This document shows positions 1 to 12,784 of a stretch of DNA of 64,000 nt, piece by piece; position 1 is the first letter of the stretch, and every line of letters begins with the position of its first letter. The DNA is from Bugula neritina (lineage: Eukaryota > Animalia > Bryozoa), in NCBI GenBank assembly GCA_964035545.1, contig OZ037769.1, positions 11,810,633 through 11,874,632 of the forward strand. Direction: 5' to 3'. The position numbers were made by a program, and so were the translations under genes. The notes below the pieces were generated by a model that was not told the origin of the DNA, ran no database searches, and saw only the letters and a program-made list of their open reading frames with translations.

Positions 1-700
<700 letters not shown>

Positions 701-854
701 TTTCTTGTGTGACTTCATGATACAACATGTGCTGGCAAGAGTTTGTGAGGCTACTGTGTGATTTGCCAGTTGGCACAGCAGCCCTCTCCACTATGCAGTG
801 TTGAGTGAGCTGGCAAGGATGATCCAAGACGAGCTCAGACTTTGAGTAGTTGCA

Positions 855-3230
855 GTGACTGATGCGAGGGACCGCAATATGAGAGCTGTGCTGTCTCAGG
901 TCCAGAATGGTCGCGAGGTGGTGGTGGCTTACTGCAGTAAAGCTATGTCGGCCCCTGAAAAGAACTACTGCACGACCAGGAAAGAGCTCCTGGCAGTTGT
1001 CAAGGTGCTCAAGCACTTTTGGCCATACCTGTATGGGCGCACTTTCAGGCTGCAAACAGATCACACATCATTGATATGGTTGTGTCGATGAGCTGAACCC
1101 TCTAGCCAAGTAGCAGGCTGGCTTGAAATCCTGGTTGAGTTTTCATACCAGATCGAGCACCGACCCCGTAAGAAATAAGGTAATGCCGACGGATTAGGCC
1201 GCCGCTCGACAGAGGGGTGTAAGCAATGCCTAAACATTGAGCGCAGGGATGGTAGACCCCTCTCGCTCGAACGTGGAAGAGCAGATAGAGAAAACAGGTG
1301 TTTTCAGCTGGGAAGAAGGACAACTCCGGTCTGAACCTCCCTCTAAAGCTGTTAATACCTTTCATGCAAACCCTACACTACTCCGGAACGTCAGAGAGCT
1401 GTGTAAGTTCCAAGCTACGCTACCTGGGGTGGTAGCCAATTTAGTTTGAGCCAAGAAGGAGGGACGACAACCTAGCAAGGCCAAACAGCGGGTCAAGTGT
1501 GCAGGTGACTAGGTGTCTTCAGCTCCGGTGGTACTGGCCCGGTATGACCTGGGATATCTGACTCCGGGTGTGGAAGTGTGAGATATGCCAGACTAGTAAG
1601 CATGGCCGCTTCACTGAGACTGTGGGGAGGCGCCGCCTCCATGCCTGTCGCCCGTGGCATATAGTTGCTGTACATCTGGTGGGCCCTACGCCAACGTCTG
1701 TGAGAGGTAATAACTGGATACTAGTACTAACTGACCACTTTATGCGGTGGGCTGATGCTCTGGCTATCCCAGATGCGTCGGCTCTCACAGTAGCCAGGGC
1801 ATTGGATCAGCATGTTTCTGTTATTTTGGCTTGCCAGAAAAAATGATTTCTGACCAGAGCGCCCAGTTTCAAGGCAACTTATGAGCAATCTCTATAAGAT
1901 GTGGGGAGTTAATCAGAGTCAGACGACCCCATATCACCTGCAAGGGAATGGGTTTGGGGAGCGGAACGATCGTATGTTAGGCGAATCTCTGAGAAGTCTA
2001 CTACTGGGGAGGAGTCAGGAGGAGTGGGACTTGATGCTGCTGCAAAGCATGCGAGCCTACCGTAGTACCCCTCACTCTAGCATGCTGGAGACCCCTAACT
2101 TTCTCATACTTGATAGAGAAACAAGGGTCCCTGAGCATTTAACTTACCATGTCCCGGCTCCAGAGAGCAAGGTCCATGATTACACACAGGAAGATGGTTT
2201 ACGAGGTGTTATGTGAGCAGCAATGGCAGTTGAGGAATGGTGAATCTGATGACCCCCCTTTGTATAAGATGGGAGACTGCGTCTGGATGACCAGTCACCG
2301 CCGGCAGCGCGGACAGGCGGCTAAGTTACAGCCAAAGTTCGTTAGTCTTTACTGTGTAACCCCAAGTAATACCAAATCACACGTATAAAGTGAGACGTTC
2401 TGGCCAAGTGTCAGACCAGAATGAAGCACGATTGAAGCCGTACAGTTGAGTCCTGATGCAACAGGGCAGGTCCCTCTACTCCTGGAACCTATGCGCCGTC
2501 CGACCCTGAGGGGACGAGGTAGCGTCGACATGGAGTTAGAGGTGGTGCGGCAAGATTAGGAAAGAACGACCGATGCACCGACCGACCAGCCCTGACTGCC
2601 CCACCTCAGGAAAAGGCGGCCGACAAGCTGGAAGACCGGTCCGGGCTAACCCCACCACTAGTGGTGCTATCTGACACACCTGTTGTCCCTGATTAGATGG
2701 AAATTCCTCAAACTTATGAGGAGGATGTGGCTAGGAAGGAATCACCCATACAGGTGAACCCCCTACACCAAAAACCCCCCTCGTAGTGGTGGAGTCACAG
2801 GTGGCAGCAGCCCACCAATACAGTTGCAACCGTAGCCAACGTAATAGGGCTCCTCCATCTTAATTGAAAGACTTCCTGTGTGACTTAGTTGACACGCATA
2901 GTACACTATAACTTGTCAATCAGTACAAAAAAAGTCTGGGAGGGGAGAGCAATTGGGAGTTGTACTCCCCCAGTGACACATTGATTAGGTCAGCTGGGAG
3001 GTCAGCAGGGGCAAAGCCAGCTACCGGGGAGGGTTATTGCATCATTCTTCTCACTGCGTGGAAAGCCTTTCCCAATTGTACCTGTCAAAGCGTGAGCACA
3101 CACTTGTGACAGCTGGCAACTACGAAGCCCTAAATGGACAATAGGGCTAGCATAGCAGCTGTCTTATGGGAAGCCTACTAGTGCAATTCTTCTATTTAAG
3201 TAGAATTTAGACTAGTAGCCAATTGCAGTC
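855..3230 (+). mobile_element. Degenerate Ty3/Gypsy LTR retrotransposon pol remnant (RNase H, integrase) and 3' region
   Basis: RNase H-like [34 protein letters not shown]; integrase CEICQ..PWHIVAVHLVGP..WILVLTDHF, TTPYHLQGNG..ER, RAYRSTPHSS, KLQPKF; many stops and frameshifts; homologous to 56220-57750. Confidence 0.9.
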
Positions 3231-3321
3231 TTGCGACTGCTTCTTATGTCTGGATTTAAGAGTGTCACCGGCTGGGCCCCAGGAAACATCACTCTTGGTA
3301 GACTGAGTTCTCAGTTCAGAC

Positions 3322-3619
3322 TGTGACAGAGGGAGGACATCAAACACCATCTTAGTATGATCTAATAGCTCTAGCTCTAGCTGAACAGAAAGGTCAGTCT
3401 TTTTGGAATATTCTTTCCTGACTTACATGTAGAAGTAGCTCAGTGTGCGTAACATGAGGGTAGCTTAGTGAGTCAGTGTGTACTTTACCCTTACCTAGTA
3501 ATTAGTTGTTAGCATATCTCTCTGTAGTAATTACCTGTCTTACCTTCATGTCTTGCCTGCATGCCTTACCTGCGCATACTGACATCTACACTACATATAC
3601 AAGTGATTTCACTGGCGAC
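3322..3619 (+). mobile_element. Possible LTR (TG...CA, 3322-3611) followed by a PBS-like TGGCGAC
   Basis: Starts TGTGACAG, ends GATTTCA, then C-TGGCGAC; no second copy in the window. Confidence 0.35.
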
Positions 3620-3639
3620 TTGGAGTTGAGTAATCATCT

Positions 3640-3708
3640 AGCTTGAGTTTGTGACCATGGTGAGAGTGCTCAATCATTTAATGTCATTGCTGATCATTAA
3701 ATGAGAGC
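3640..3708 (-). mobile_element. Retrozyme-family fragment (69 bp, no ribozyme) abutting (TA)n
   Basis: Reverse complement GCTCTCATTTAATGATCAGCAATGACATTAAATGATTGAGCACTCTCACCATGGTCACAAACTCAAGCT matches 51530-51598 almost exactly. Confidence 0.85.
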
Positions 3709-4120
<412 letters not shown>

Positions 4121-5070
4121 AAACATTACGTAGCTATAACTATGACACAATACATATACATAGTATTTGTTGTTATAGATTGAATGAGCTAATAAAATTT
4201 GTGATTATTCATGCAAACCTGGAAAATTATATCGCAAAAATTCGTGTGAAAAATAAACGCTATTTGTATAATGCATTGAAAAGCTACTGATAGAACAAAA
4301 CTCAGTACAATAATGTGCTATATCTTGCTAGGAATCTAAGGCTATATGCTGTGCGACTAGTGCTATAAAATAAATATTATACTCATATGTGTATATAGGG
4401 AGGTAGTTCTACATGCATGAGCTTGCACTGTTTATTTTGGCCACCTGCCAACAAATCTTATTTATATAATGTTATTTTCTATGCAAGCTTTAAACAAACA
4501 GTTGAATATATTATATAGTTCTATTCACCTTTTGCAGCCACAGTTTTTATAACAGCAAGTGTAAAAAATAATTTAATAAGCTATTTCATTTTTAAATTTT
4601 CACATGCATGAACATTATAATTAGGTTCATAGAATTGTGTTTTTTGATAACCAATGAAATAGAAATACTAGTAAATAACAACTTGAGTTGCTATTTGCTT
4701 ATGTCTGCTTGATTACATCTCTCAATACTTTCTATATACTCTAATATTTGTTGCATATTACACTCTGTTATTTAACCCATTAACACAAGTGTTATTCTCA
4801 CAGAATGTTGAATACATAGAGACTGTTGAAGGTTACAGAGTCAGTAGACTTCTAAATAAACATAAGTTATACATCACTGTATTGAAAGAGTTATATTAAG
4901 TTATAACTTATATATTAAACTAGTATTTTATGAGGACATGCTAAATTGTAATCTGTTGAATGGTAAGCTACTATTATTATGATATGAAAGTGGTATCGAT
5001 ATTTATGTATATGTGATTTGCATACTATATTTTCATTAGTTATTTTTATACTAAATAATTTGCAGAACCG

Positions 5071-5084
5071 GTAACCATGGTAAC
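5071..5084. promoter_or_regulatory. RFX X-box-like motif GTAACCATGGTAAC
   Basis: Fits the GTNRCC-N0-3-RGYAAC consensus, ~600 bp upstream of the first coding exon; a single motif match only. Confidence 0.3.
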
Positions 5085-5685
5085 CTAGTAAAACTTACAA
5101 TCTAGAGGGGAAAGTTATTTCCCAAACAAGGAATAAAAAACACAGCATGATAGCCTTGAAGGTAAAGATGTATAATAGTCAAACTATAAACTGTTAAATA
5201 TTACATATCCATTATATATAGCATTTTGTTTATAGAATGTATTATATAGCATTCCAAAGCAACATGAATTGTTAAAGATTAACCAAAAGTATTAAATATT
5301 GAAAATTAAATTCCTTCGAAAAAAGAAATGCTAAGTGCTCTGCTGCAAAATTGGATGTTAGTTACAGTAAATATATTGTCAGTATTTTATTAAAATTATA
5401 TTAATAGAGCCTTAAAATGCTAATCCATAGCTTTTTATTACTTATTAAACTTAAAAATATTCTTGAAGCTTAAAAGTTTCTAACACATCTTGTAACATTC
5501 AAACTAAAAGTCTATACCTGGTAGTTCATTTGAGAATTTTGGTAATATGCTATTAGATGTATATTGTTCTATAATAATTGAAGTGAGATATTGCAAAATG
5601 CATCACAATGCTGCATGTATATATACTATGACAAATAATAAGCTAACACTTACCTTTCTTATTCAGGTGCAACATAACATGGTGA

Positions 5686-8600
5686 ATGATGGAGGAGTAC
5701 ATTGCTGAATTAGAGTCACTTTTAGCAAAACACTTAGAAGATGCAGAAACAACAGGAAACTGGGTTGACTATGTCAAGGTAAAATATACATCTTGTAGTG
5801 AACCTTATTGTATGTTTGAGTATATATTTAAGGCCCGAATAATGCATAGAACCTCTATATAAGTATGTATATAAGTAATATAATAATATGTTATTATATA
5901 TAAATAAGTGATGATAAATAAAGACAATAATTATGCTTATCTGTAGACATAAACAGGTAAAACATTATAAAAAGTGTGGTGAAAGATTTGCAGCAGAATG
6001 ATTAACATTACTATACCCACATTAGATTACACTAAAATAATAAATAATTTTTTAAGATCTTCAAAGTTTTTAATAAAAAAGTAAACATTTTTTGAACTTG
6101 AATATAGCTTAATACTGCTTGAACTGGCGTGTTAATATATAGCTTTAAAATTACAACAAATCAAACACATAAATGCCAAAATCAAATACCTACCTCAAGG
6201 ACTGTGAGGTAGCCATGCAGTGTAAATTTTTACACAAATTTTTCACCATTAAACATATCATCGATAATGAAATTTTTGTTTCTCATCTCATAACTGTAGG
6301 ACACACTAAAAATCCGTTCATTATATAGTACATTATATGAGTATTATATAGTTCTGATATTTGGAAGTTGTCTGACTAATCTCTAATTACGTGGGTGACA
6401 CGGGAATTGAGCTGTAGGTAGGCTGCTGTTGCAATTCAATGTATGTACCTACTAGAGTTTGCAACTTTGGAGCCTCTTTGAAAATTGGTAAAATACTGTA
6501 TGAAAGTGTCAATCAAACAATATAGTTGGTTTGTCTCTTCCTATAGCATCTGCAAAACCCGGTGGATCTGCAACTAAATCACAACCATTTTGTTGCAGCG
6601 CTAGACAAACTTTAGACTAAAAAAAATTAATTTTGATGTCTTGGCAAGACATGTAATGGAAGAAAACATGGTGACTTTATGCCAGTTGGAAGTTGACAGT
6701 TGTAGTCTGGGGCTGCATATGGTGTGACCTGGTGTTCGGCAGTGATAATCATTTTGATAGAAATTTTCTAGCATGCACTGCAAGTTGAACCTTTATAAAA
6801 GTTTCAATATAAACAATTAAAAAGCAAAATTAACTTGTCAATAATAGTTATTTATGAATTAATTTTGATGACAAAATTACCTTTCCTATAATGATAATAT
6901 AATTGTTGTAATAGGCAGTTAATGTGACATAAAGTGTAGCCAAAGTAGAAAAAGTCGCAGTAATTAATATATGACATATTCTTAGAATGAAGGCTGTTGA
7001 TAGATTTCAAACAATAATGAAATAGCGAAAATAAAGTAAAATCTATATTAAGTGTGAAAATTCAACTCTTTGAACCCAGGCAATTAGGGTTGCGTTCCAG
7101 AACTGAATCAAATTTTAAGAGATGAAACTTCGAGCTATACAAAGTTGACATTAACTTGATTTCCTTGAAATAAGTTGCATTCCATTAGTACTTTGTTATC
7201 AACCTAACATTTTGTGTAAATATTTCACAATCTCAGATTGAATAAATTAACATATATATCCCTTTTTTTTGTTATGTAGAGTCATGGCATAGCAAATCAC
7301 CTGCAATACATAGATTCACAAAACAATCAGAGATACCAAAAAATCTATGAAATAGAAAACAAATGGTACAAAGGAAAACATCCGCTCACTTTTACAGAGC
7401 ATCAAGAATTGACAAGACAACATAAACAACAACTAAAAGAATACCGAGATAATACAATAGTTAACTTTGATGGCTTGAACAGTGATATACAGTTGTTGGA
7501 CATAAACAATGTGCTTAGTGATGCTAATTTAGAAATCTCTACTCAGTTGTCTAATGATGTCTTTGTAAATAGTGAGGAGTGTTCCAAAGAATTTGTAGAA
7601 TTTTCTCGTTCTATAATTAAATCAAGTACAGAGTTGCTTAAAGGGTGTCAAGTAGAGCCACCCTGTAATTTTGCTGTAGTTGCTTTGGGTTCAGTAGCTC
7701 GTGGTGAGGCAACTCCGTATTCTGACCTTGAATATGCATTTCTCATTGAAAATGATGATGAGAAAACCTATTTCACTCAGTTGGCTGTTGACACATATTT
7801 CAGAATAACTAACCTCAATGAGTCCCCATTGAAAACCTTCAACGTCAAAGTTGAAAACTCTTTTGGCTGTCTCAATGAGAATTGTCCAGTAGGCTATAGA
7901 ATAGATGGTCTCACACCAAATGCTGGTAACATACCAACAGGAAATGGTTTGGGTAGATCTCTAACTTTTACAGTAGAAAAAGCAGTAAAACTTTACAAAG
8001 AGGAAGTGATGTCACCGTCTGGAAAACTAGCGAGTATATCTGATCTGCTCATGACGTCGCAGCTAATATATTGGTCTGATGATGGGGCACAGTTACATGA
8101 AAGATTTGTGGAAGAAATAGCTAAATATGAGAAAGTTACAGGTCAAAATGATTATAAAATTAAACAAAAAAGGTTGGAAAGACTTTCTCTAGATTTACAC
8201 AAATATGACTTTCTTCCAGAATTTGAATTTACAACTTTTGTTGGTGAAGAAGTAAAAGTAAAAGAAGACATTTTTCGATACATCACTTTGTTGGCTACCA
8301 ATCTAAACATTGCCCTTTGTCTTAAGCTAAACTTTCCATGGAAAGTTTATGAGGCACTTTATCAGTCAGACATAATTTCTAAAGCAAGCCTGAAATACCT
8401 TCACATTATCTTGGGACTCTCAATATACATGAGAACTATGGCATACATTATGATGAGAACGCAAAAAACTGAAATCCTGCTAAGTACTCCAACTGCTGAA
8501 ATGAGAATTGGAAATGAAAAAAGCAGAAACTACTATGTGCCAAGAAAGATATTTGTGACTTTTGGCTCAATACTGATTCCAATAAAGCAATCTCTCAAAT

Positions 8601-10408
8601 CAAGTATGCGCAAAGGAAATGAGCTACTGTCTACATTAAAGGAGATGAATGTGGAGAAATACCTAAAATCATTTATTCCCAGTGATTTGGTGACAGATAA
8701 ACATGACTATATGACAATCTGTGAAGTATTGTGTTATGTTGAAGACTCAAACACAGCCTTAAAGTGCATATCTGCTGGTTCAGGAGTTGATATCAGAAAA
8801 GTAGGTTATGAGGAGTTTGTAAAATGTATACGAGCAAAATATAACACAACCAAATCAAACTTCACTGAAAAGAAGTATTTAGAAATGTGTTGCTATTTGC
8901 TGAATATGAGTGGTCATGATAGTAGTGCTATTGATTACCTGAGTTGGTTAATCAGTTATGAAACAAATTGGTTTACCATGCTACGATGGAAAAAGCTGAT
9001 AGCTGACTCTATGAACAGTCTGAGCAGATTTAAACCTGCTAGAAATATTCTTATTCAGATAAAGTCTACACTAGAAGAAAATCTCATGATAGAGAAGAAC
9101 AAATCTCTCACTGAGTACATACTAAGAAGGGTGGAAAGTTCTACTAGATTGCCAGATTCATTGCTAAATCTGTTTGAATTCACATATTTTCTTTTTTACT
9201 CATTGGGTGATATTAATAGTCAGACATCAAATCTAGCTGAAGCTAAGTCTTACCTGATGCAGTCTCTTTCTATTCACAAGAAATTGTGTAAAAATAATCT
9301 TTTAGATTCTAGCGTGAGAGAAAAAATAGAAATAGAATCAAATATTTTGGGTGGCTTAGGTGTTGTGTATAAGCAAGAGAGCGCGAATAGCACAGCATTA
9401 GAATATTTCACCAAATCAGTGAAGATGATGAAAGCTGTTTATGGTGAGCATACAAATCATTATAATATAGCTATCATCTATAATCATATTGGTGATATAC
9501 ACAAACAACTAGGTGACTATGAAACTGCACTAGAATATTGCACCAAGTCAGTGGAAATGACGAAAGCTGTTTTTGGTGAACATACAAACCACTCTAATCT
9601 AGCTATCAGCTATGGTAATATTGGTGATGCACACAGACAACTAGGTGACTATGAAACTGCACTAGAGTATTGCACCAAGTCAATGCAGACGATGAAAGCT
9701 CTTTATGGTGAACATACAAACTACTCTAATCTAGCTATCAGCTATAATAAGATTGGCGATGTACACAAACAACTAGGTAACTATGACACGGCACTAGAAT
9801 ACTACACCAAGTCAATGGAGATGCTGAAAGCTGTTTATGGTGATGGTTCAGCAGATCATAATCTTACAACTGCATTCTCTTCCATCATAGACATTTATCT
9901 AGAATACAAGAAATTTGAAGACTGCCTGTTCCTTTGCTATACAAACTCTGTATTGCGTAATCAATGTCTGTCCAAAGTCCTTAACAGACTATCAGCAGAA
10001 TGCATCAGATCCTTACACCACAGAAGAGCTGCTCAGTTTCTGCAGATTGCTATTTCTAAAGCTGCTGATCATAGCATGCAGCAGGCTCACAACTATCACC
10101 AGATGGGTAGATGTTACATGCTGATGTCATCGTACAAGAAGAGCTGGTGTTGGTTGTACTCTGCTCTTTGTCTGTATCAGTCCTTTCCCAAAACTAGAGA
10201 GGTCATCGAGTCTCTTGGTAAAGTTCACCAGTCCATATCCCATCTACTTCTACACACTGGTCATGTGACTCAGTCGCTTGAACATTGTCAAAGATCTCTT
10301 GAGAACTTTAACAATCTCCCTGATGTCAATACAAACTCTGCTATTAAACAAATGAAGGCAGAACTTGTACAGCTCTCTGACTCATTGCATCTTAAATTAA
10401 AGTTTTAG
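5686..10408 (+). CDS. Nucleotidyltransferase (DUF294/GlnD-GlnE-like) domain plus TPR-repeat protein, ~1073 aa; coding exons 5686-5778 and 7280-10408
   Basis: Exon 1 MMEEYIAELESLLAKHLEDAETTGNWVDYVK ends AAG|GT; acceptor TGTAG|7280 is in frame with the 999-aa ORF; Pol-beta-superfamily NTase motif ALGSVARGEATPYSDLEY; 42-aa TPR units (LGDYETALEYCTKS..MKA.YGEHTNHSNLAISY). Confidence 0.88.
9370..9845 (+). repeat. 126-bp tandem coding units (42-aa TPRs), about 3.5 copies
   Basis: CTAGGTGACTATGAAACTGCACTAGA recurs at ~9509 and ~9641, with a variant at ~9773; high DNA identity between units. Confidence 0.85.
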
Positions 10409-11272
10409 CCAATCACTTTGGACAGAAATATTCATCACACACCTGACATTCTGCCCAACATTAAAACTCGGAATTCTCTTTCCTTGAGTGACATTTTCTT
10501 CTTTTCCTGTATTCCCCATCAAGCCCATGAGCTGTGTTCTCATCTTGTAGAATATTGCTATCACCTTCTTAGTTGGTAAAGCTGGTTTTAAAAGCACATG
10601 CCGTGTATATAGCTTGGTGTTGGATATCCTTTTTGATTTAAATTGTGGCTCTTCTTTTACATAAATATATATTAATGATTATAATTCTTTAGTTTCCAAT
10701 GTTGCTTTACTCCATATATAATAGCTGCTTACTACCCTAAGAGAGTAGTTTGAATAAGTTTTTAATAATGCCAAATTTTGAAACTTGCTTGTAATGACTC
10801 CAGTATTATTAGTTTGAAAAATGCTTCCATTGGGATGATTATGTGATTTATATATGTTATATATACTTTATATGTACTGTATGCCTTCTTATATGGATTA
10901 AAGTTTATCCACAATACATTTGATAATTATAAGCAATTTCTTGACTAGTAAGAATTCGATATGATATTTTTTCAAAATAGTATTAAAATGTTTGGAGCTT
11001 ATCTTTTGATTTTCTGATTTCATTTATCAGCAAATTTCTATTTTTAACAATAATCTCTTTATATAAGGTGCATTTTATGCTGCATTTAATTTTAAAATTC
11101 AGAAAGTTTTTCACTTTTAAAGGTTTAATTTTATATTGTAGCTTTTATAATTATTTTATCACAAACATGTGTCAATGTATTTTATAGTACTAATAAAGAT
11201 ATCTTATGTTATGCAAACATTATTCACTTTTATTTCAACATTACAGTTTGAATTTAAATTTGGTTTTTCATG

Positions 11273-11950
11273 GCAGATGTGTGCTTAAATGTGACATTGA
11301 AACATTTTTCTGATACGCAAGTCACATGTTGAAACAGATTGGAACAATGTAAAGATGCTAGCAACAATAACAATCCTATTATATTATACTATCAATGCCA
11401 CACAAATTGTTTTGTCAAACTCTGATATCAACATTATTAATTTATTTGCTCCAGAATTTATAGACTACAAGAGAAAAATTTAATAAATCAAAATTGCATA
11501 GAATTAAAAGTGTTATTAAAAAAGTATGTGTACATTATTAGTGCTTTACATTACACTATAATTACTAATATATAATAATTAATCAACATAATTATGTGTT
11601 TTGCATTACAATATTGCAATGAAATTTGATATTTAAGTACAGGCCATGCATCATTACATACTCATGGTTATTGAATAATTTACCTAAGGAGTTGTATTAA
11701 ACCATGTAAACACTGTTGTTTTAATATATTTAAGTTAATATGTAAATAGAAGATGTATGCTTAAAAGTGATATATTGAAACGTTTTTTGACACATGAATC
11801 ACTTTCAAACATATCTGACCAGTGTGAAGATACTAGCAACAACATATGATCCTATAACATGTTACATTTAATTACACAGGCTGTTGTGTAACATTCTGAT
11901 ATCAACATCATTTACTTGTACCACACTGCATGGGCTAAAAGGGAAAAAAA
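11273..11950 (+). repeat. Old local direct duplication of ~200 bp (about 11273-11480 and 11750-11950)
   Basis: AGATGTGTGCTTAAA..ATTGAAAC..AAGATGCTAGCAACAA..TCTGATATCAACAT recurs about 480 bp downstream. Confidence 0.6.
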
Positions 11951-12784
11951 TGAATCAAAGCGCAATAATAGAAAGATGTGTCTTGTTAGTTACATTTCAT
12001 TGACTGACAAAACTGTGTGCATTAAATTACATTTTAAAATCATATTAAAATAGAAGTTTTATTAAACTGATTATTCATATAATAGTTACCCCAAATAATA
12101 TATTTAACATCCATAAGAGTATGAGATGTAGAACAACTCCCCATATGGGAATTGAACTGCAGACTTTCAACTTGGCTCTGAGGCTACTGAGACATCTCAT
12201 TACCTCCTAAATCACATATACAAACATCTTTATAATTCCCTGGCGCACAATATAACTAGTATTGCTGTTGAACTGTAAGGAGAAGCAATTACTGTTGTGC
12301 TAGAACATAAAACTTAATTGAGTATCATGTACTTATTTTTGACCTAGTTATGCATAGATTAAAAAAAAGCAAATATACCAAAATGATTTGCCGTAAGTAA
12401 AGATATTATTTTTTTAAAAGTATAATAATAAAGATTACACTTTCACATAAAATGAAATGATAAATTGTTTTCAACTCAATTCTGATACGATACATAGAAG
12501 TAGTAGAGAGTGGTTGGTTCTGGGACACTTTTTTGGGGAATCTCCTTATTTTGGTGCACGGAGTGATATTGGTGTATTTTTAATAAAGACGTGAGACCTG
12601 GGACACTATTTCGTAGCTTCAAATAATGGTTTAATAAAAAATTGTTATAGGCTACGGGTATAAGCATTTTAATACGTTAATTAGGAATATAAAATTGCGC
12701 CTACACTTTTCATTATTTTTCAAAGAAGATAAATCTAGCGTAATAAATTCGTGAGATTTTTGCCACCCGTTATAACAAAAGTTT

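Noticed and set aside
7409-7411. TTG start of the 999-aa ORF
   Set aside because: The frame is open from a splice acceptor at 7280 and joins an upstream ATG exon; this is a eukaryotic spliced gene
10397-10620. Minus-strand ORF with Cys-containing fragments overlapping the gene end
   Set aside because: Could be a transposase C-terminal remnant, but too short and degenerate to support
12130-12200. tRNA B-box-like GTTCAATTCCC on the minus strand
   Set aside because: No cloverleaf or clear A box; at most a very old SINE head
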